A DNA stretch of 64,000 nucleotides, from assembly GCA_964016885.1 (NCBI GenBank), contig OZ024743.1, positions 52,142,001 to 52,206,000 on the forward strand, read 5' to 3'. Positions 24,940-37,938 of the stretch are shown here, one piece after another; within the stretch, counting starts at the first letter, position 1; each line of letters opens with the position of its first letter. The notes below the pieces were generated by a model. The model was given only the letters and a program-made list of their open reading frames with translations. It was not told the origin of the DNA and ran no database searches. The stretch is from Eledone cirrhosa (taxonomy: Eukaryota). The translations under genes were made by a program, and so were the position numbers.

Positions 24940-26930
24940 TCATCATCATCATCATCATCACCGTTTTACGTCCGTTCTTCCACGCTAGCATGGGTTAGAC
25001 GGGTTGTCCTGTTGTGGGCAGTGTCTGGTCGGCTGACCATGCCTTGCTCATACAGGAACTGATTTGGCTTGATTTCTACAGCTGGATGCCCTTCCTAACA
25101 CCAACCTCATTTACAGTGTGGGCTGGGTGCTTTTTTGCCATGGCACCTCCATGACCACCTTGCAGTGGGAGGGTGTGGGGGCATATTGTCTATATGCTTC
25201 AATTTGTACCCATGGTCAGGTACTCTGTATTACTGCATGACGCCAGAGGTCACGGTCGTGTGTCATCGCCTTTGAGAGGTGTAATTGGGTAAAGTCGGCT
25301 TTTATCACCTCATCCCAGGTCATCTTGGGTCTCCCCACTCCGCGGTTTCCATCGACTTCTAGTGCTCTGCACCTTTTTATGCAGCTGTCATCCTTCATAC
25401 GCATCACATGTCCATACAAACACAACCGCCTCTCCTGCACACAGCATTTGATTCCTCTTATGCTCAGTCTCTCTCTCAATTCATTTATGCTTTGTCGCTC
25501 GCGTATATTACTATTACACATCCATTGGAGCATGCAGGCTTCGTTTCTCTTTAATCTACGTAAGTCTTCCACCTTCAACACCTAGGTCTCACTACCATGT
25601 AACATTGCTGTTTGGATACACGCATCATACAGTCTGCCTTTCATTTTGAGGGAGAAGCCTTTTGCAGCTAGCAGTGGCAGTAGTTCCCTGAACTTCTTCC
25701 ATCCTATTCTTACCCTAGTTATTGTACTTTCTGAACACCCACCTCCGCTGCTAATTCGGTCACCTAGGTAGCAGAAGCTGTCTACTGTCTCTACAGAGCC
25801 CTCCCAAATATTGGTGGTACTTGTTTCCTGTGGCTGTTTGCTGCTTGCTGTCCCAGTACAGCTGCTGCATGTGAAGCCTACATTTTTAATTAAGCTTCCT
25901 GAGATCCCGCTACATCTCTTGTGTACCCATTGTTTGCATTTGGGGCAGAGAATGGAGTTCCTACCTACACCTTTCCTACATACTGAGCAAGGCCATTTCC
26001 CTGATGGGATCTGGGTTCTGTTTTCTCGTCTACTTACAAGGACCTTAGTCTTTGTCATGTTGACTTTGAGACCCTTTCTTTCTAGTCCCTGCTTCCAAGT
26101 TTGGAATTTCTTCTCTAGTTCTACCATAGATTCAGCTATAAGTGCGAGGTCATCAGCATACAGGAGTTCCCATGGGCATCCGGTCTTAAACTCCTCCGTT
26201 ATTGCCTGCAGGACTATGATGAACAGGAGAGGGCTAAGAACAGAGCCCTGGTGGACCCCAACCTGTACGCTAAATTCCTCGCTATACTCATTGCTAATCC
26301 TAACTTTGCTGACTGCTCCCCATACATGGCTTGTACAGCTTTCACAAGCCATTCATCTACTCCTAATTTTCTAAGAGCCCACTAGATTACAGCACATGGA
26401 ACTCTGTCAAAGGCTTTCTCGAGATCGACGAATGCCAGGTAGAGTGGCTTACTTTTAGCTAGGTACTTTTCCTGTAGCTGCCTCACAAGGAAGAGGGCAT
26501 CAGTGGTGCCTCTTCCTGGTACAAACCCAAATTGCATCTCATCTAGTTTCACCCGGTCCCTAATCAACTGTGCTATAACTCTTTCTGTTACTTTCATGAC
26601 CTGGTCCATCAGCTTTATACCTCTATAGTTTCCTCTATCGAGTGCATCACCTTTACCTTTGTAGCAGTTGACAATGATGCTACTGCACTAATCTTTTGGT
26701 ATGACACCTAGTATTACCTGGTTAACAATACGTGTGGTTATAGTGTGACCTACAGACCCAGATGCCTTCAGCATCTCGGCGGCTATACCCGATGGACCGG
26801 TTGCCTTCCCCATCTTCATATCTTTGATTGCCTTACTTACTTCGCTGCTGCTGACTTGTACTGCTGGCCCCTCTATAGGGTCTACTTGGGGTAGGGTCTC
26901 TTCTTCCCATGCATTCTCCTCATTTAGTAA
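24940..26930 (-). mobile_element. RTE-clade LINE, 5'-truncated, RT domain largely readable
   Basis: KATGPSGI, QFGFVPGRGTTDA, AFVDLEKAFDRV, GVHQGSVLSPLLF and YADD; only a few stops or frameshifts; (GAT)n tail. Confidence 0.95.
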
Positions 26931-26951
26931 TATATATATATATATATATAT

Positions 26952-28265
26952 GACAGGCATGGAATAAAATGGGAAAATGGAGCTAGCAGGTACCTTTACA
27001 AAGAAGCTAGGAGAGAGGCCAGATGGCAAGTATACCTGACAAGGAGAGATGCAGAAAAGGTAAAGTTTATGTATGTTTTACAATGCAAGGACCAACAGCA
27101 AGAGGTGTTCAGGATTGCAAGGCAATATGTCAGGGAAAACCATGATAGTATCAGGGAGAAATGCATCCAAGACAACAATGGCACACTTGTCCTCACCAAC
27201 CCTGAAAAGAAAGCTGTATGGAAATGCCACTATGAGAGGCTGATGAATGAGAAAAATAGCCTGCCCCAAGCATACCCAACAGAAGGTCGAGCTGTACAAG
27301 GGAGCAACAGGCTTGTAAGTAAGGTAATAAAGAACATCAAGAATATTTGCCGAGATGTTGAAAGCATCTGGGACGGTAGGTCACACCTTATCCACCCCTG
27401 TTGTAAACCAAGTAATACAGAATAATGTCATTCCCAATGACTGGCAGAGCAACATCATTGTCAACTATTACAAGAGAAAAGGAGATACCCTAGAGAGAAG
27501 TAACTACAGAAGCATCAAGCTGACTGCCCAGGTCATGAAAGTTACAGAAAGAGTTATCATACAACTGATCATATACACCTAGATGAGATGCAGTTTGGTT
27601 TTGTATTGGGGAAAAAAGCACCACTTAGGCCCTCTTCCTTGTGAAGTAAGCGCAGAAGTACTTGGCTAAAAGCAAGCTCCACATAACATTCATAAACCTA
27701 GAAAAGGCTTTTGAAAGAGTCTCTCGATCCATAATTTGGTGGGCCCACAGAAAACTAGGGGTAGATGAGTAGCTCATGAGAGTGGTACAAGCCATGTACA
27801 GGCGGAGGTACCAACAAAGTTAAAATCAACAATGAGCACAGTAAAGAATTCAGTGTACAGGTGGAGGTCCATTAGGGTTCCTTCCTTAGGCCCTTCCTCT
27901 TCATTATTGGCCTACAGGCTATAACAGAGGAATTTAAGACTGGTTGCCCATGGGAACTCCTATATGCTGACAACCTGACTCTCATAGCTGAATCTATGAC
28001 AGAATTAGAGAAGAAATTTCAGACATGGAGGCACAGCTTAGAAATAAAAGGCCTTAAAGTCAACCAGGCAAAGACGAAAATTCTATTGAGCAGAAAAGAA
28101 AACAGGGCTCTGATCCCCTCAGGAAATGGCCCTAGTCTGTATGTAGGAAAGGAGTAGATAGAAACTCAATCCTGTGTCCTAAATATGGGGTACAGAAGAG
28201 GTGTAGAGGAAAATGAAGCAGGCTAGCAAAAGACACAGACTTCACATATGGATGTTGCACAGAAG
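26952..28265 (+). mobile_element. RTE-clade LINE fragment, degenerate, in opposite orientation
   Basis: VFRIARQYVRENHD, NYRSIKL and PWELLYAD remnants. Confidence 0.88.
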
Positions 28266-29147
28266 TAAGCACATTTTACAGGAAAAAAACAATTGGCAAG
28301 AGACCCAAGGGTAGACCCCAAGCAAGATGGCTAGATAATATCCATGAGCTTGGCTGGTCTTGCTTGGGGATCCAGCTGGTTCAGTTGAAGACGGTTGCTT
28401 CTCACAGGACTCACTGGAATGAGTATTTCAGGACTCTGCCCCCACGCCCCTCTCAGGAATATGTGGGTGAAGAATAAGGAGTAAGAGGATGGTATTATAT
28501 TGATTAAACCACTGGAACACTCATCATTGGAACTGACAGGTGTCAAAAACACATTCACACCAGTGGCGAAGGGTTACCTGGAAAGCAGGGCATGCAGTCC
28601 AATCGCCATGGCGGAAAGTGGGGCTGTGCAGCCTTACCCCCCCCCCCTCCAATTCCCTCTAAAGCCGCATGTAGTGTTATCTAGTGTGTGTGTTATCTTT
28701 TTATGTGTCTATGATTTAGTAAGCAGTCAAAATTCTGCTTGCCCCAAAGCTGTGTGTGTGTGTGTTATCTTTTTTTGTGTCTATACGTTTTAGTAAGCAG
28801 CCAAAATTATGCTTGCTTCAACCGATGCAATTGATCAACTCAAGATTCTATAACGCATACACTGAATGTGTTGCATGCACGGATCCTTCGCCCCTGATTC
28901 ACACCTGTATATTTACCTCATACATCCCACAAAACAACATCAAATCACATAATATACAACACCCGCCTGGAAAAAAAATCAACAAACACTCTAAAGAAAT
29001 TCCTCCAGTAAATCTATATTTTCCCGGTATAGAAACTAATGTATATCATAACTACACAGTCGTTTATCTGCCTCTCAAACAAATGCTATCATCTAAAATA
29101 TTCTAAAACTGTCCTCCTCACCACTTTGTTGTTCTTAGACATAAAGA

Positions 29148-29385
29148 ATATCAGATACCATTCCCAGTCTGTTGTGACTAACCAACTCTATATAAGGAGT
29201 ATTAGATACCATTCCCAGCCTGTTGTGACTAACCAACTCTATATAGGGAGTATCAGGTACCATTCCCAGTCTGTCATGGCTAACCAGCTCTATATAAGGA
29301 GTATCAGGTACCATTCCTAGTCTGTCATGGCTAACCAGCTCTATATAAGGAGTACCATCATTCTGAGTCTGTTGTGACTTACCAG
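29148..29385. repeat. 51-bp minisatellite (about 4.5 copies)
   Basis: Unit agataccattcccagtctgttgtgactaaccaactctatataaggagtatt; 17-aa periodic ORF. Confidence 0.9.
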
Positions 29386-29448
29386 ATTTACACAGATGTT
29401 CAAATTGATTAAATAAAGAAAGAAAAAGAAAAAAAGGTCTAAACTCAC

Positions 29449-29546
29449 TCAGAAGCTGACAAGAAACAATTGAACTCTTCGTCTGTGATTCCTGGACCTG
29501 TTTGAGCTGGTTCAGTAGATAGAATTCTCCGGAGGTGGTGAGTTTC
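29449..29546 (-). CDS. TTLL5: TTLL5 exon
   Basis: TTTCAG|...|GTGAGT, phase 0 to 2. ETHHLRRILSTEPAQTGPGITDEEFNCFLSAS. Confidence 0.88.
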
Positions 29547-29751
29547 CTGAAAAAAATGCAATAAAACCACATTAAAAACAGTGCTATCTTAAGGCATGAG
29601 TACACAGGGCAGCTGCTTGGGGAGTCTACTCGGTGTAGAGACCCAATGATGATCTATGTATGCTATGGATGTGTATGTAGGAGTCACAGTGTACTGGTTT
29701 ACTTGGGGGACCACCAGGTTAAGAGACACAACGTATACAGTAGATATGTAT

Positions 29752-30070
29752 GAAGGCGCATGGCTTAGTGGTTAGAGCATTAGGCTTGTAATCATGAGGT
29801 TGTGAGTTTGATTCTCAGACCAGGTGATATGTTGTGTTCTTGAGCAAAACACTTTATTTCACGTTGTTCCAGTTTACTCAGCTGTAGAAATGAGTTGCAA
29901 CATCACTGGTACCAAGCCTTATCTTTCCCTTGGACAACATCAGTGGTGTGGAGATGGGAGGCTGATATGCATGGGTCTTCCACAAACAACTTTGCCCTGG
30001 CTTGCATCTGGGAGGGGAACTTTCAAGGTGAAAATCCCACCATCATTTGTGACCAAAAGGGGTCTTTTTT
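29752..30070 (+). mobile_element. tRNA-derived CORE-like SINE
   Basis: A box TGGCTTAGTGG, B-box-like GTTTGATTC, then a CORE-like tgtgttcttgagcaaaacacttt...ctgtagaaatg. A related tail lies inverted at about 32850-33030. Confidence 0.75.
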
Positions 30071-30992
30071 AGAAGTGTATATAGGGGCCCCATGTACAAA
30101 GCTTTACATAGGAACTTATAAAGCTATTAAGATAGCCCTAACTTTTCTTAGTGGTGTCAGTCACCCACCTACCTACATATCTCTAAATAACTGCTAATGT
30201 CTCAAAATGGAGACCAGGGGAGTTAATGTCCTCTTTCCCCTCTTTCATCAAGATGGAAAATGTACCATATTTAGCAGCTTATAAGGTGTACTCTTCTTTT
30301 TCAGAAGTGCAAGAATGGCTGTGTAATTAAGATGTTCACTTTATAACCATCTGGATTTAGGTTCCTTCCCCACAGTGGTCCTTTATTGTTTTTGTCCCTT
30401 GCTCCATTGAAAATGTTGATACTCTTTTCATTATAAAAAACATATTTGGTGCTAAAAAGATACAACACAACAAGAGTTTTAAGGCCACTTATCCTGCTAA
30501 AGCAGGAGTTAGCTTTGAGGGCCTCATGATGGGCTTCTCTATTTTGCCCTATAGTCTGTATCCCCCCTCACCTATTCCCTGGCTTTCATTTCCTCTTACA
30601 TTATCTTTAGCCATGTCTTCCCCCTCCTTCCACATCCATTTTCATCACTCACTCATCAGTCACTTTCATCACATGACTTAACCATCTCATTCCATTTCTC
30701 TTCACAACATTCATCATTGGCTCTATTCCTCTCACCCAGTCACTTTTGTCCTTCTTCAACACATGGTCCAGCTACCTTATTAAAAGGAAAATGCACCTGG
30801 TACACATGGTGAAGTGGTTGGCATTATGAAAGGCATCTGACCCATCTGTTGAGCCTCAAATTGTGACAAATTGTCGAAAACCTATGCAAGGAACAGTGAT
30901 GGTAATGATGATGATGATGATGATGATGTCTGCATGTGTAACATGCCTCTCACCTTCAGAATCCCAAGATCTACCTACATAATCATTCTTAC

Positions 30993-31139
30993 CTTCTTGT
31001 AATGCCTGACAAACTCAGACAGTTCCTTGGCCAACACTCTGCAACGATCCTTCACTGCAAGTTTTCTACTGGGAGCAATGATCTGGAAGTTTCTCTGAAG
31101 GTTGGCTGCAGCTCTCTTTAGAAAACGGATCACCAGATC
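30993..31139 (-). CDS. TTLL5: TTLL5 exon
   Basis: AACCAG|...|GTAAGA, phase 0 to 0. DLVIRFLKRAAANLQRNFQIIAPSRKLAVKDRCRVLAKELSEFVRHYKK (compare ELVVRFLKRASNNLQ). Confidence 0.95.
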
Positions 31140-31174
31140 CTGGTTTATAATAGAAAATAGTAACAGAGGTAGCA

Positions 31175-31992
31175 ATTGTAGTGGTGGTGGTTGTGGTAGT
31201 GGTGGATGTGGTAGTGTTGGTAGTGGCTGTGGTAGTGTTGGTAGTGGTGGTGCTGCTGGTGGTGCTGGTTGTGGTGGTGGTGGTGGTGGTGGTGCTGGTA
31301 GTGGTGGTGGCATTGGTGGTGATGGTGCTGGTTGTGGTGGTAGTGGTGGTGGTGGTGGTGGTGGTGGTGATGGTGCTAGTTGTGGTGGTGTAGATTGTGG
31401 TGGTGTAAATTGTGGTTGTGGTGGTGTTGATTGTGGTGGTGTTGATTGTGGTGGTGTTGATTGTGGTGGTGTTGATTGTGGTGGTGTTGGTTGTGGTGGT
31501 GTTGGTTGTGGTGTTGGTTGTGGTGGTGTTGGTTGTGGTGGTGGTATTGGTTGTAGTGGTATTGGTTGTGGTGGTGTTGGTTGTGATGGTGTTGGTTGTG
31601 GTGGTGTTGGTTGTGGTGGTGGTATTGGTTGTAGTGGTATTGGTTGTGGTGGTGTTGGTTGTGATGGTGTTGGTTGTGGTGGTGTTGGTTGTGGTGGTGT
31701 TGGTTGTGGTGGTGGTGTTGGTTGTGGTAGTGGTGTTGGTTGTGGTGGTGGTGTTGGTTGTGGTGGTGGTATTGGTTGTGGTGATGGTATTGGTTGTGGT
31801 GGTGTTGGTGGTGTTGGTTGGGGTGGTGTTGGTTGTGGTGGTGTTGATTGTGGTGGTGTTGATTGTGGTGGTGTTGATTGTGGTGGTGTTGGTTGTGGTG
31901 GTGTTGGTTGTGGTGGGGGTGGGGGTTGTGGTGGTGTTGGTTGTGGTGTTGGTTGTGGTAGTGTTGGTTGAGGTGGTCTTTGTGGTTGTTGT
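31175..31992. repeat. (GGT/TGT)n compound repeat, largely a 15-mer ggtgttggttgtggt
   Basis: Direct inspection. The minus strand translates as (QPTPP)n. Confidence 0.95.
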
Positions 31993-32265
31993 TCCACTTC
32001 ATTCAGCTAAAAATAAAATGAGTTTCAGAAGCAACTGGGACCCATGACAGACTGGCGTCCTGTCCAGATGGGAGTCTTGTACACACAGTCACTTCACACC
32101 ACATGAAACTGGAATAAGTTGTAGCCTTATGAGGCTCTGGGACTTGTCAAAAAAGAAATACCTAGAGTATAAGGAGTTAACCTGTTTGAAACTGTCTCTA
32201 GTTCTACAATACAAAATTGATTTAAAGTGTTCAAACTTATATTAAAACGTTCCATCATAATTTAA

Positions 32266-32461
32266 CTCTTTAATGTTCAAACCAGCCAAAACCGGCCAGA
32301 ATTCTCTACCTCTTTCTGTTGAAACTGGCTGTAACTGGTCACTCAAGGTATTGTTCTCAAAATAGATACTTTCAAAATCTCATAAATTCGATATTATGTG
32401 AGATAAAGCATTTACCATGAAAATATAATAGTATATATAGAGTAATGTGAATGCTAAACGA
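32266..32461. mobile_element. piggyBac-like MITE (family A)
   Basis: TTAA on both flanks, degenerate TIRs, body matches 63264-63484. Confidence 0.75.
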
Positions 32462-32624
32462 TTAAAGCATAACACTTCTTAAGAAAAGTTCAAACCATCA
32501 TCTTAATAATGGAAAAATTACTACATCCTTCCAAATTCTTGATTATTTTCAAAATCAATTGAAACACATTAGTAATGTCTTTCATTAGAAATTTGGTAAG
32601 CAAAGAGTTAAATCTATAGCTTAC

Positions 32625-32739
32625 CATTTGATCAGTCAAGGAATCAACATCACTCGGTTCTTTAGAGTTGGCTTCGGCAAGAAGCCTTTGTTGGACTTTG
32701 GTTAGGTAAAGAGCAAAGGCAGTACGGGCTTGCATCTGA
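32625..32739 (-). CDS. TTLL5: TTLL5 exon (conserved C-terminal helical region)
   Basis: TTTCAG|...|GTAAGC, phase 2 to 0. QMQARTAFALYLTKVQQRLLAE...DQM (compare KMQARIAFSAYLQHVQIRL). Confidence 0.94.
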
Positions 32740-33474
32740 CTGAAAATTACAGAGAAAATATTAGAAACTTAACATGCTTAGTAAATGGCAAAATCTGTAG
32801 AACATCACAAAAAAGATACTGTGATTTAAGTTATGTACTTCATATATATAAAGGGTAAGGGTAAAGACCCCCTTTGGTCCCAAATGATCATTGGATTTGC
32901 ACCTAGAAAGTTCCTCTCCAAGGCACAAGTCTGGGCGAAGTGTTTTTGTGGAAGACCAGCAGTTTTGTGGAAGACCAGCAGTTTTGTGGAAGACCAGACA
33001 GCCATCTCCATGCCACCAATTGGGTGTTACAGATTGATATCTCAGTTCTAGCAGTAAATCTAAAAATCATTTCACTCCCTTCATTCTTCACATTGTACCT
33101 ATAACCTCCATAGACTCCCTCAAAACCATCCTTGTTCTTTCTCACATGTCTATTCAATTTCCTTCACCACACGGTAAACTCTACAGGAATCAAGACACTA
33201 ACACCTTGCATACCTGGACACTCTTCACACACAAACTTCTATTTTTGTCCTTCTCTTCCTCTCACCATTCTTGCACTATTTCCCTTCTATCATGTCACAT
33301 CCATTCTTCTTTTATTCAGTGCAGTATCATTTCTCCTGATCTCCTTGTCATTAATACCATAGTATTATAATAATAATTTATTAAGGCTGATTCAGTCTTC
33401 AACTGTCTGAGGAACCTGTAGCATGCAGGGGAAATTGCAGAGTAACAGGCCACTGGATCAACCTTGATAAACTA

Positions 33475-33909
33475 CCGTATTTGACAGCTTATAAGATCCT
33501 CGATTTGGGAAAAAATGAATAAATAAATGGGTTTAAACAACAAATATTTTAGCACATTTTTAAAGTTTAAGAAAGTGTGAAAGTAAATTTACTTTATTCT
33601 CTACATTGTATTTTTTGTTGAAATATTTAACATAGTTTTAAAACAAAAGAAAGTGAAAATAAATTTATTTTATTCATTATTTATTAAAGTTGTAGATTTT
33701 ATTAGAAAAGATTTGTCATTGTTGGTATAGAAGCAACTATTGTTCCTTTGTTTACATTTGGAGATGTGTGCAGATTAATTTAAAGGCCACTGCAACATCA
33801 GAACTCCACTAACCAGTAGCCCAAACTGACCCTTGACCTTATAAGATAGAGGCTGATTCTCTGGGATATTTTGGGGGAAAAAAAGTGTCTTATAAGCCGT
33901 CAAATACAA
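33475..33909. mobile_element. Tc1/mariner-pogo type MITE
   Basis: TA|CCGTATTTGACAGCTTATAAGA ... TCTTATAAGCCGTCAAATACAA, imperfect TIRs of about 22 bp. Confidence 0.7.
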
Positions 33910-34057
33910 TGTATACCATCAACATCACCGTTTCTATCTGTTTTCCATGCTGACATGGGTTGGACAAGTTGTCATGTTCTGAGACTATGATAGGTGACTC
34001 ATTTTAGTATAATTTCTATAGCTGGATGACCGTCCTAACACCAACCTCTTTATAGTG

Positions 34058-35632
34058 TGACAGAGGCACAGACACACATAGGCAGAGGCACAGACACACA
34101 CAGACAGACAGAGGCACAGACACACACGCAGACAGAGGTACAGACACAGACAGACAGAGGCACAGACACACATAGGCAGAGGCACAGACACACACAGACA
34201 GACAGAGGCACAGACACACACAGACAGAGGCACAGACACACACGCAGACAGAGGTACAGACACACACACAGACAGAGGCACAGACACACACAGACAGAGG
34301 CACAGACACACACGCAGACAGAGGTACAGACACACACACAGACAGAGGTACAGACACGCACACAGACAGAGGCACAGACACACACAGACAGAGGCACAGA
34401 CACACACGCAGACAGAGGTACAGACACACACACAGACAGAGGCACAGACACACACGCAGACAGAGGTACAGACACACACAGACAGAGGCACAGACACACA
34501 CGCAGACAGAGGTACAGACACACAGACAGAGGCACATACACACACACAGAGGCACATACACACACAGACAGAGGCACAGATAGGCAGAGGCACAGACACA
34601 CACACAGACAGAGGCACAGACACACACACAGAGGCAGAGACACACAGACAGACAGAGGCACAGACACACAGACAGACAGAGGCACAGACACACAGACAGA
34701 CATACAGAGGCACAGACACACATACAGACAGAGGCACAGACACAGGCAGAGGCACATACACACACAGACCGAGGCACAGACACACACACAGACCGAGGCA
34801 CAGACACACAGACAGACAGAGGCACACACACAGACACACACACAGACCGAGGCACAGACACACAGACAGACAGAGGCACATACACAGACACACACACAGA
34901 CAGAGGCACAGACACACACAGACAGAGGCACAGACACACACAGACAGAGGCACAGACACACACAGACAGACAGAGGCACAGACACACACAGACAGACAGA
35001 GGCACAGACACACACAGACAGAGGCACAGACACACACACACACACAGAGAGGCACATACACACACAGACAGAGGCACAGACACACACACAGAGGCACAGA
35101 CACACACACAGACAGAGGCACATACTCACACACAGACAGAGGCACAGACACACACACACACAGACAGAGGCACAGACACACACACACAGACAGAGGCACA
35201 TACTCACACACAGACAGAGGCACAGACAGAGGCACATACTCACACACAGACAGAGGCACAGACACACACACACAGAGGCACAGACACACACACAGACAGA
35301 GGCACATACTCACACACAGAGGCACAGACACACACACACAGACACAGACACACACACACAGACAGAGGCACATACTCACACACAGACAGAGGCACAGACA
35401 CACACACACAGACACAGACACACACACACAGACAGAGGCACATACTCACACACAGACAGAGGCACAGACAGAGGCACATACTCACACACAGACAGAGGCA
35501 CAGACAGAGGCACATACTCACACACAGACAGAGGCACAGAGAGAGGCACATACTCACACACAGACAGAGGCACAGACACACACACACAGACAGAGGCACA
35601 TACTCACACACAGACAGAGGCACAGACAGACT
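34058..35632. repeat. CA/GA-rich satellite (cagacagaggcacagacacaca variants)
   Basis: Direct inspection; 1.6 kb with variable unit length. Confidence 0.95.
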
Positions 35633-35666
35633 GTTGAGAAAGATGAATACAAGATTAAAGGTTTAC

Positions 35667-35934
35667 CTCAAACTGCCTCCATTTTCCAACATCTGTACCA
35701 GCTTTTGTTTGTCAAGTAACTTCGCCTTCTGTAGACCCTGGCCCCTTGTGTTGTTCCGCACCAAGTTTCCTGTATGCAAGTCAGATTCAGTGAGCGAAGG
35801 GTACAGTCGGTTGGCTGGTTTAGATATGGCTGTTTTCTCCAAGCCATCTAGGGAGCTATAATACGGTTTAAATTTATTCAAAAAAGCCTGTTTCTTCAAT
35901 GACAGAGCCGCTTCTTCTTTGGTTTTAGAGCAAG
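35667..35934 (-). CDS. TTLL5: TTLL5 exon
   Basis: ATGTAG|...|GTAAAC, phase 1 to 2, open throughout. Ends KQKLVQMLENGGSLS (compare LMQILQDNGNLS). Confidence 0.88.
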
Positions 35935-36243
35935 CTACATAAAATTAGAAGAAAAAGACAGACACAAAGCATAAACAAAGATACAGCAACAAACATTTTA
36001 AGGCTATTTTCTTGCCAAAGTAGGAGTTAGCTTTAAGGGCCCCATGACAATGTTTTTTATTTTGCCCAATCATCTGCATCCCCATCACCACCATTCCTGG
36101 CTTTCATTTACTCCTCATCATCATAAACAAAACACACATATCAGTGAAACATCTAAACAGCCATATTGCTATATCAATGTAATATCCTAACCTCATCGCA
36201 TGGTCTGACTTGAGAAAAAAGTCTTGATTATTGAGCTAACAGT

Positions 36244-36848
36244 CCTTTTAGCATTTAAACCAGCCATATCCGGCCAGAATTCTCTCACCTTTTTCTGTTT
36301 AAACCGGCCATAACTGGCGGCTTATACTTATGTTAAGGTATTGTTCTCAAAATAAATAATATCAAAATCTCATAGATTAGATATCATGAGGTAATTATGT
36401 GAGATAAAGCCTTTACTGTGAAAATACAAGAGTAAATATAGAGTAATATCTTTATATATATAAAAGCGAGGATGTGTGTGTGTCTGTGTACAACTTTGCA
36501 TACTTAAGGCTTTTACAATTACCAACTGAATTTGACCAAATTTTCTGTGCACGTTGCACGGGCCGCTAAGATTGTCACATCACAAACATTTTTCAAATCG
36601 ACCCACGTTGAGCAATAAAAAAAATCGATATTAAAATTATCGGTAGCAAAATTGATGTAAGGGAGATAACCAACTTTATTGACAATCCTTATAAAAAAGG
36701 GAGATAACCAACTTTATTGACAGAAATATAAACATCAGATTCATTTGAAGATAAATCACTAATATTATCGTTCGTTTCTTGTTTATTCTTTGTTGCATTT
36801 CAAACCCCGGGCAACGCCGGGTAAATCTGCTAGTAAATGCTAAAGAGT
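36244..36848. mobile_element. piggyBac-like MITE (family A) interrupted by a Helitron
   Basis: Left end ccttttagcatttaaac; the right end is split as gagtaata|Helitron|taaatgctaaagag. Confidence 0.78.
36449..36833 (+). mobile_element. Non-autonomous Helitron
   Basis: A|TCTTTATATATATAAAAG ... CCCGGGCAACGCCGGG hairpin ... CTAG|T. The A^T insertion site can be reconstructed from intact MITE copies. Confidence 0.92.
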
Positions 36849-37775
36849 AAAGAAGGCAAAAGGAAGTGAGCACATGGAAGAAAGAGTCTAAAATATGAAG
36901 GACTTAATGAATCATGTGAAGAATAAGGATGCAGTGTCTGGCACTTCCAGTAGAGTTGGTATGTTGCACATTTACAGCTACAAAATCATACCTGGCTGGA
37001 ATTGGACTTAGAAAAGACACTAATGTGGTGATTCATGAAAAATAATTCATTGTGAATATGGCTGAAGCATTTGAGAGAAAGATCAGTGCTGAGAAGAGAG
37101 AGCAAACAACTAAGGGAGGAGTAAACATCATAATTCCTGAAGGACTGGGGTGATTATAACAACAGATTGTTGTGATGGCAGCATGGCTAATGAAGGGGAA
37201 ACTGTGCTACAGACTAGGCCATAAAACCCAGACAGACACACCCTGGTAGCATCAATGCTGATTAGTACTGCTGGAGGGAGCTGTACAAAGGGGCTGAAAT
37301 CATTGAAATTGCCAGTTGATAGGTGTTGAAAGGATTGTATATAGAATACACACACACTCTTGTGTACACACATACACAGATACACACACACATGCACACT
37401 CACATCTGTGCACACACACACATGCATATATATTCTTATTAATTTTATTTTATTTATATACAAACATATATATATATATAACATCATCATTATTTAATAT
37501 TTGTTCTCCCATGCTAGTATATACAGTACATTATCTGTTATTTTGAAAATATTTTCAAAATTAAGAAAAGAATATTTTATCGACCCCGTAAGGATGAAAG
37601 GCAAAGTTAAACTCGGTGGGATTTGAACTCAGACCATAAAGGGCCGTAACTCTTTGCTGCAATACATGGCGTCTGCCCTCTACCGATACTGCCAATCCAT
37701 CACCCTCAATCAGATAATAATAAAAATATAAAACCATAAGCCACACTCTGCTGAAAAAGACAGAGAAGAACTTAC

Positions 37776-37938
37776 TGTAAGGAGGTGACACAGTATTTGG
37801 ATAGTGAGGTCCTGAGTGCATCTTGCGTCTTCGTTTCTTCCTCTCCGCCTTGGACCACCGAGAAGATTTTTGCTTGTCATCCAGTCTCCGCTCATACAGT
37901 TGGGCACGGTTCTGGGCCATGATGAACGACTCACAGTT
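37776..37938 (-). CDS. TTLL5: TTLL5 exon
   Basis: GTCCAG|...|GTAAGT, phase 0 to 1. NCESFIMAQNRAQLYERRLDDKQKSSRWSKAERKKRRRKMHSGPHYPNTVSPPY (compare LYERKL...RKRRRR). Confidence 0.88.

Noticed and set aside
29752-29825. tRNA gene
   Set aside because: A and B boxes are present but run into a SINE core, and there is no intact cloverleaf.
31102-32047. Plus-strand Gly/Cys-rich keratin-associated-like ORF, poly-Val ORFs and a minus-strand poly-His ORF
   Set aside because: Alternative frames of the (GGT/TGT)n repeat; only the Pro frame connects to a real exon.
33985-35637. Cys/Val-rich and Thr/Gln/His-rich ORFs of 360-530 aa
   Set aside because: Simple-repeat artefacts open on both strands.
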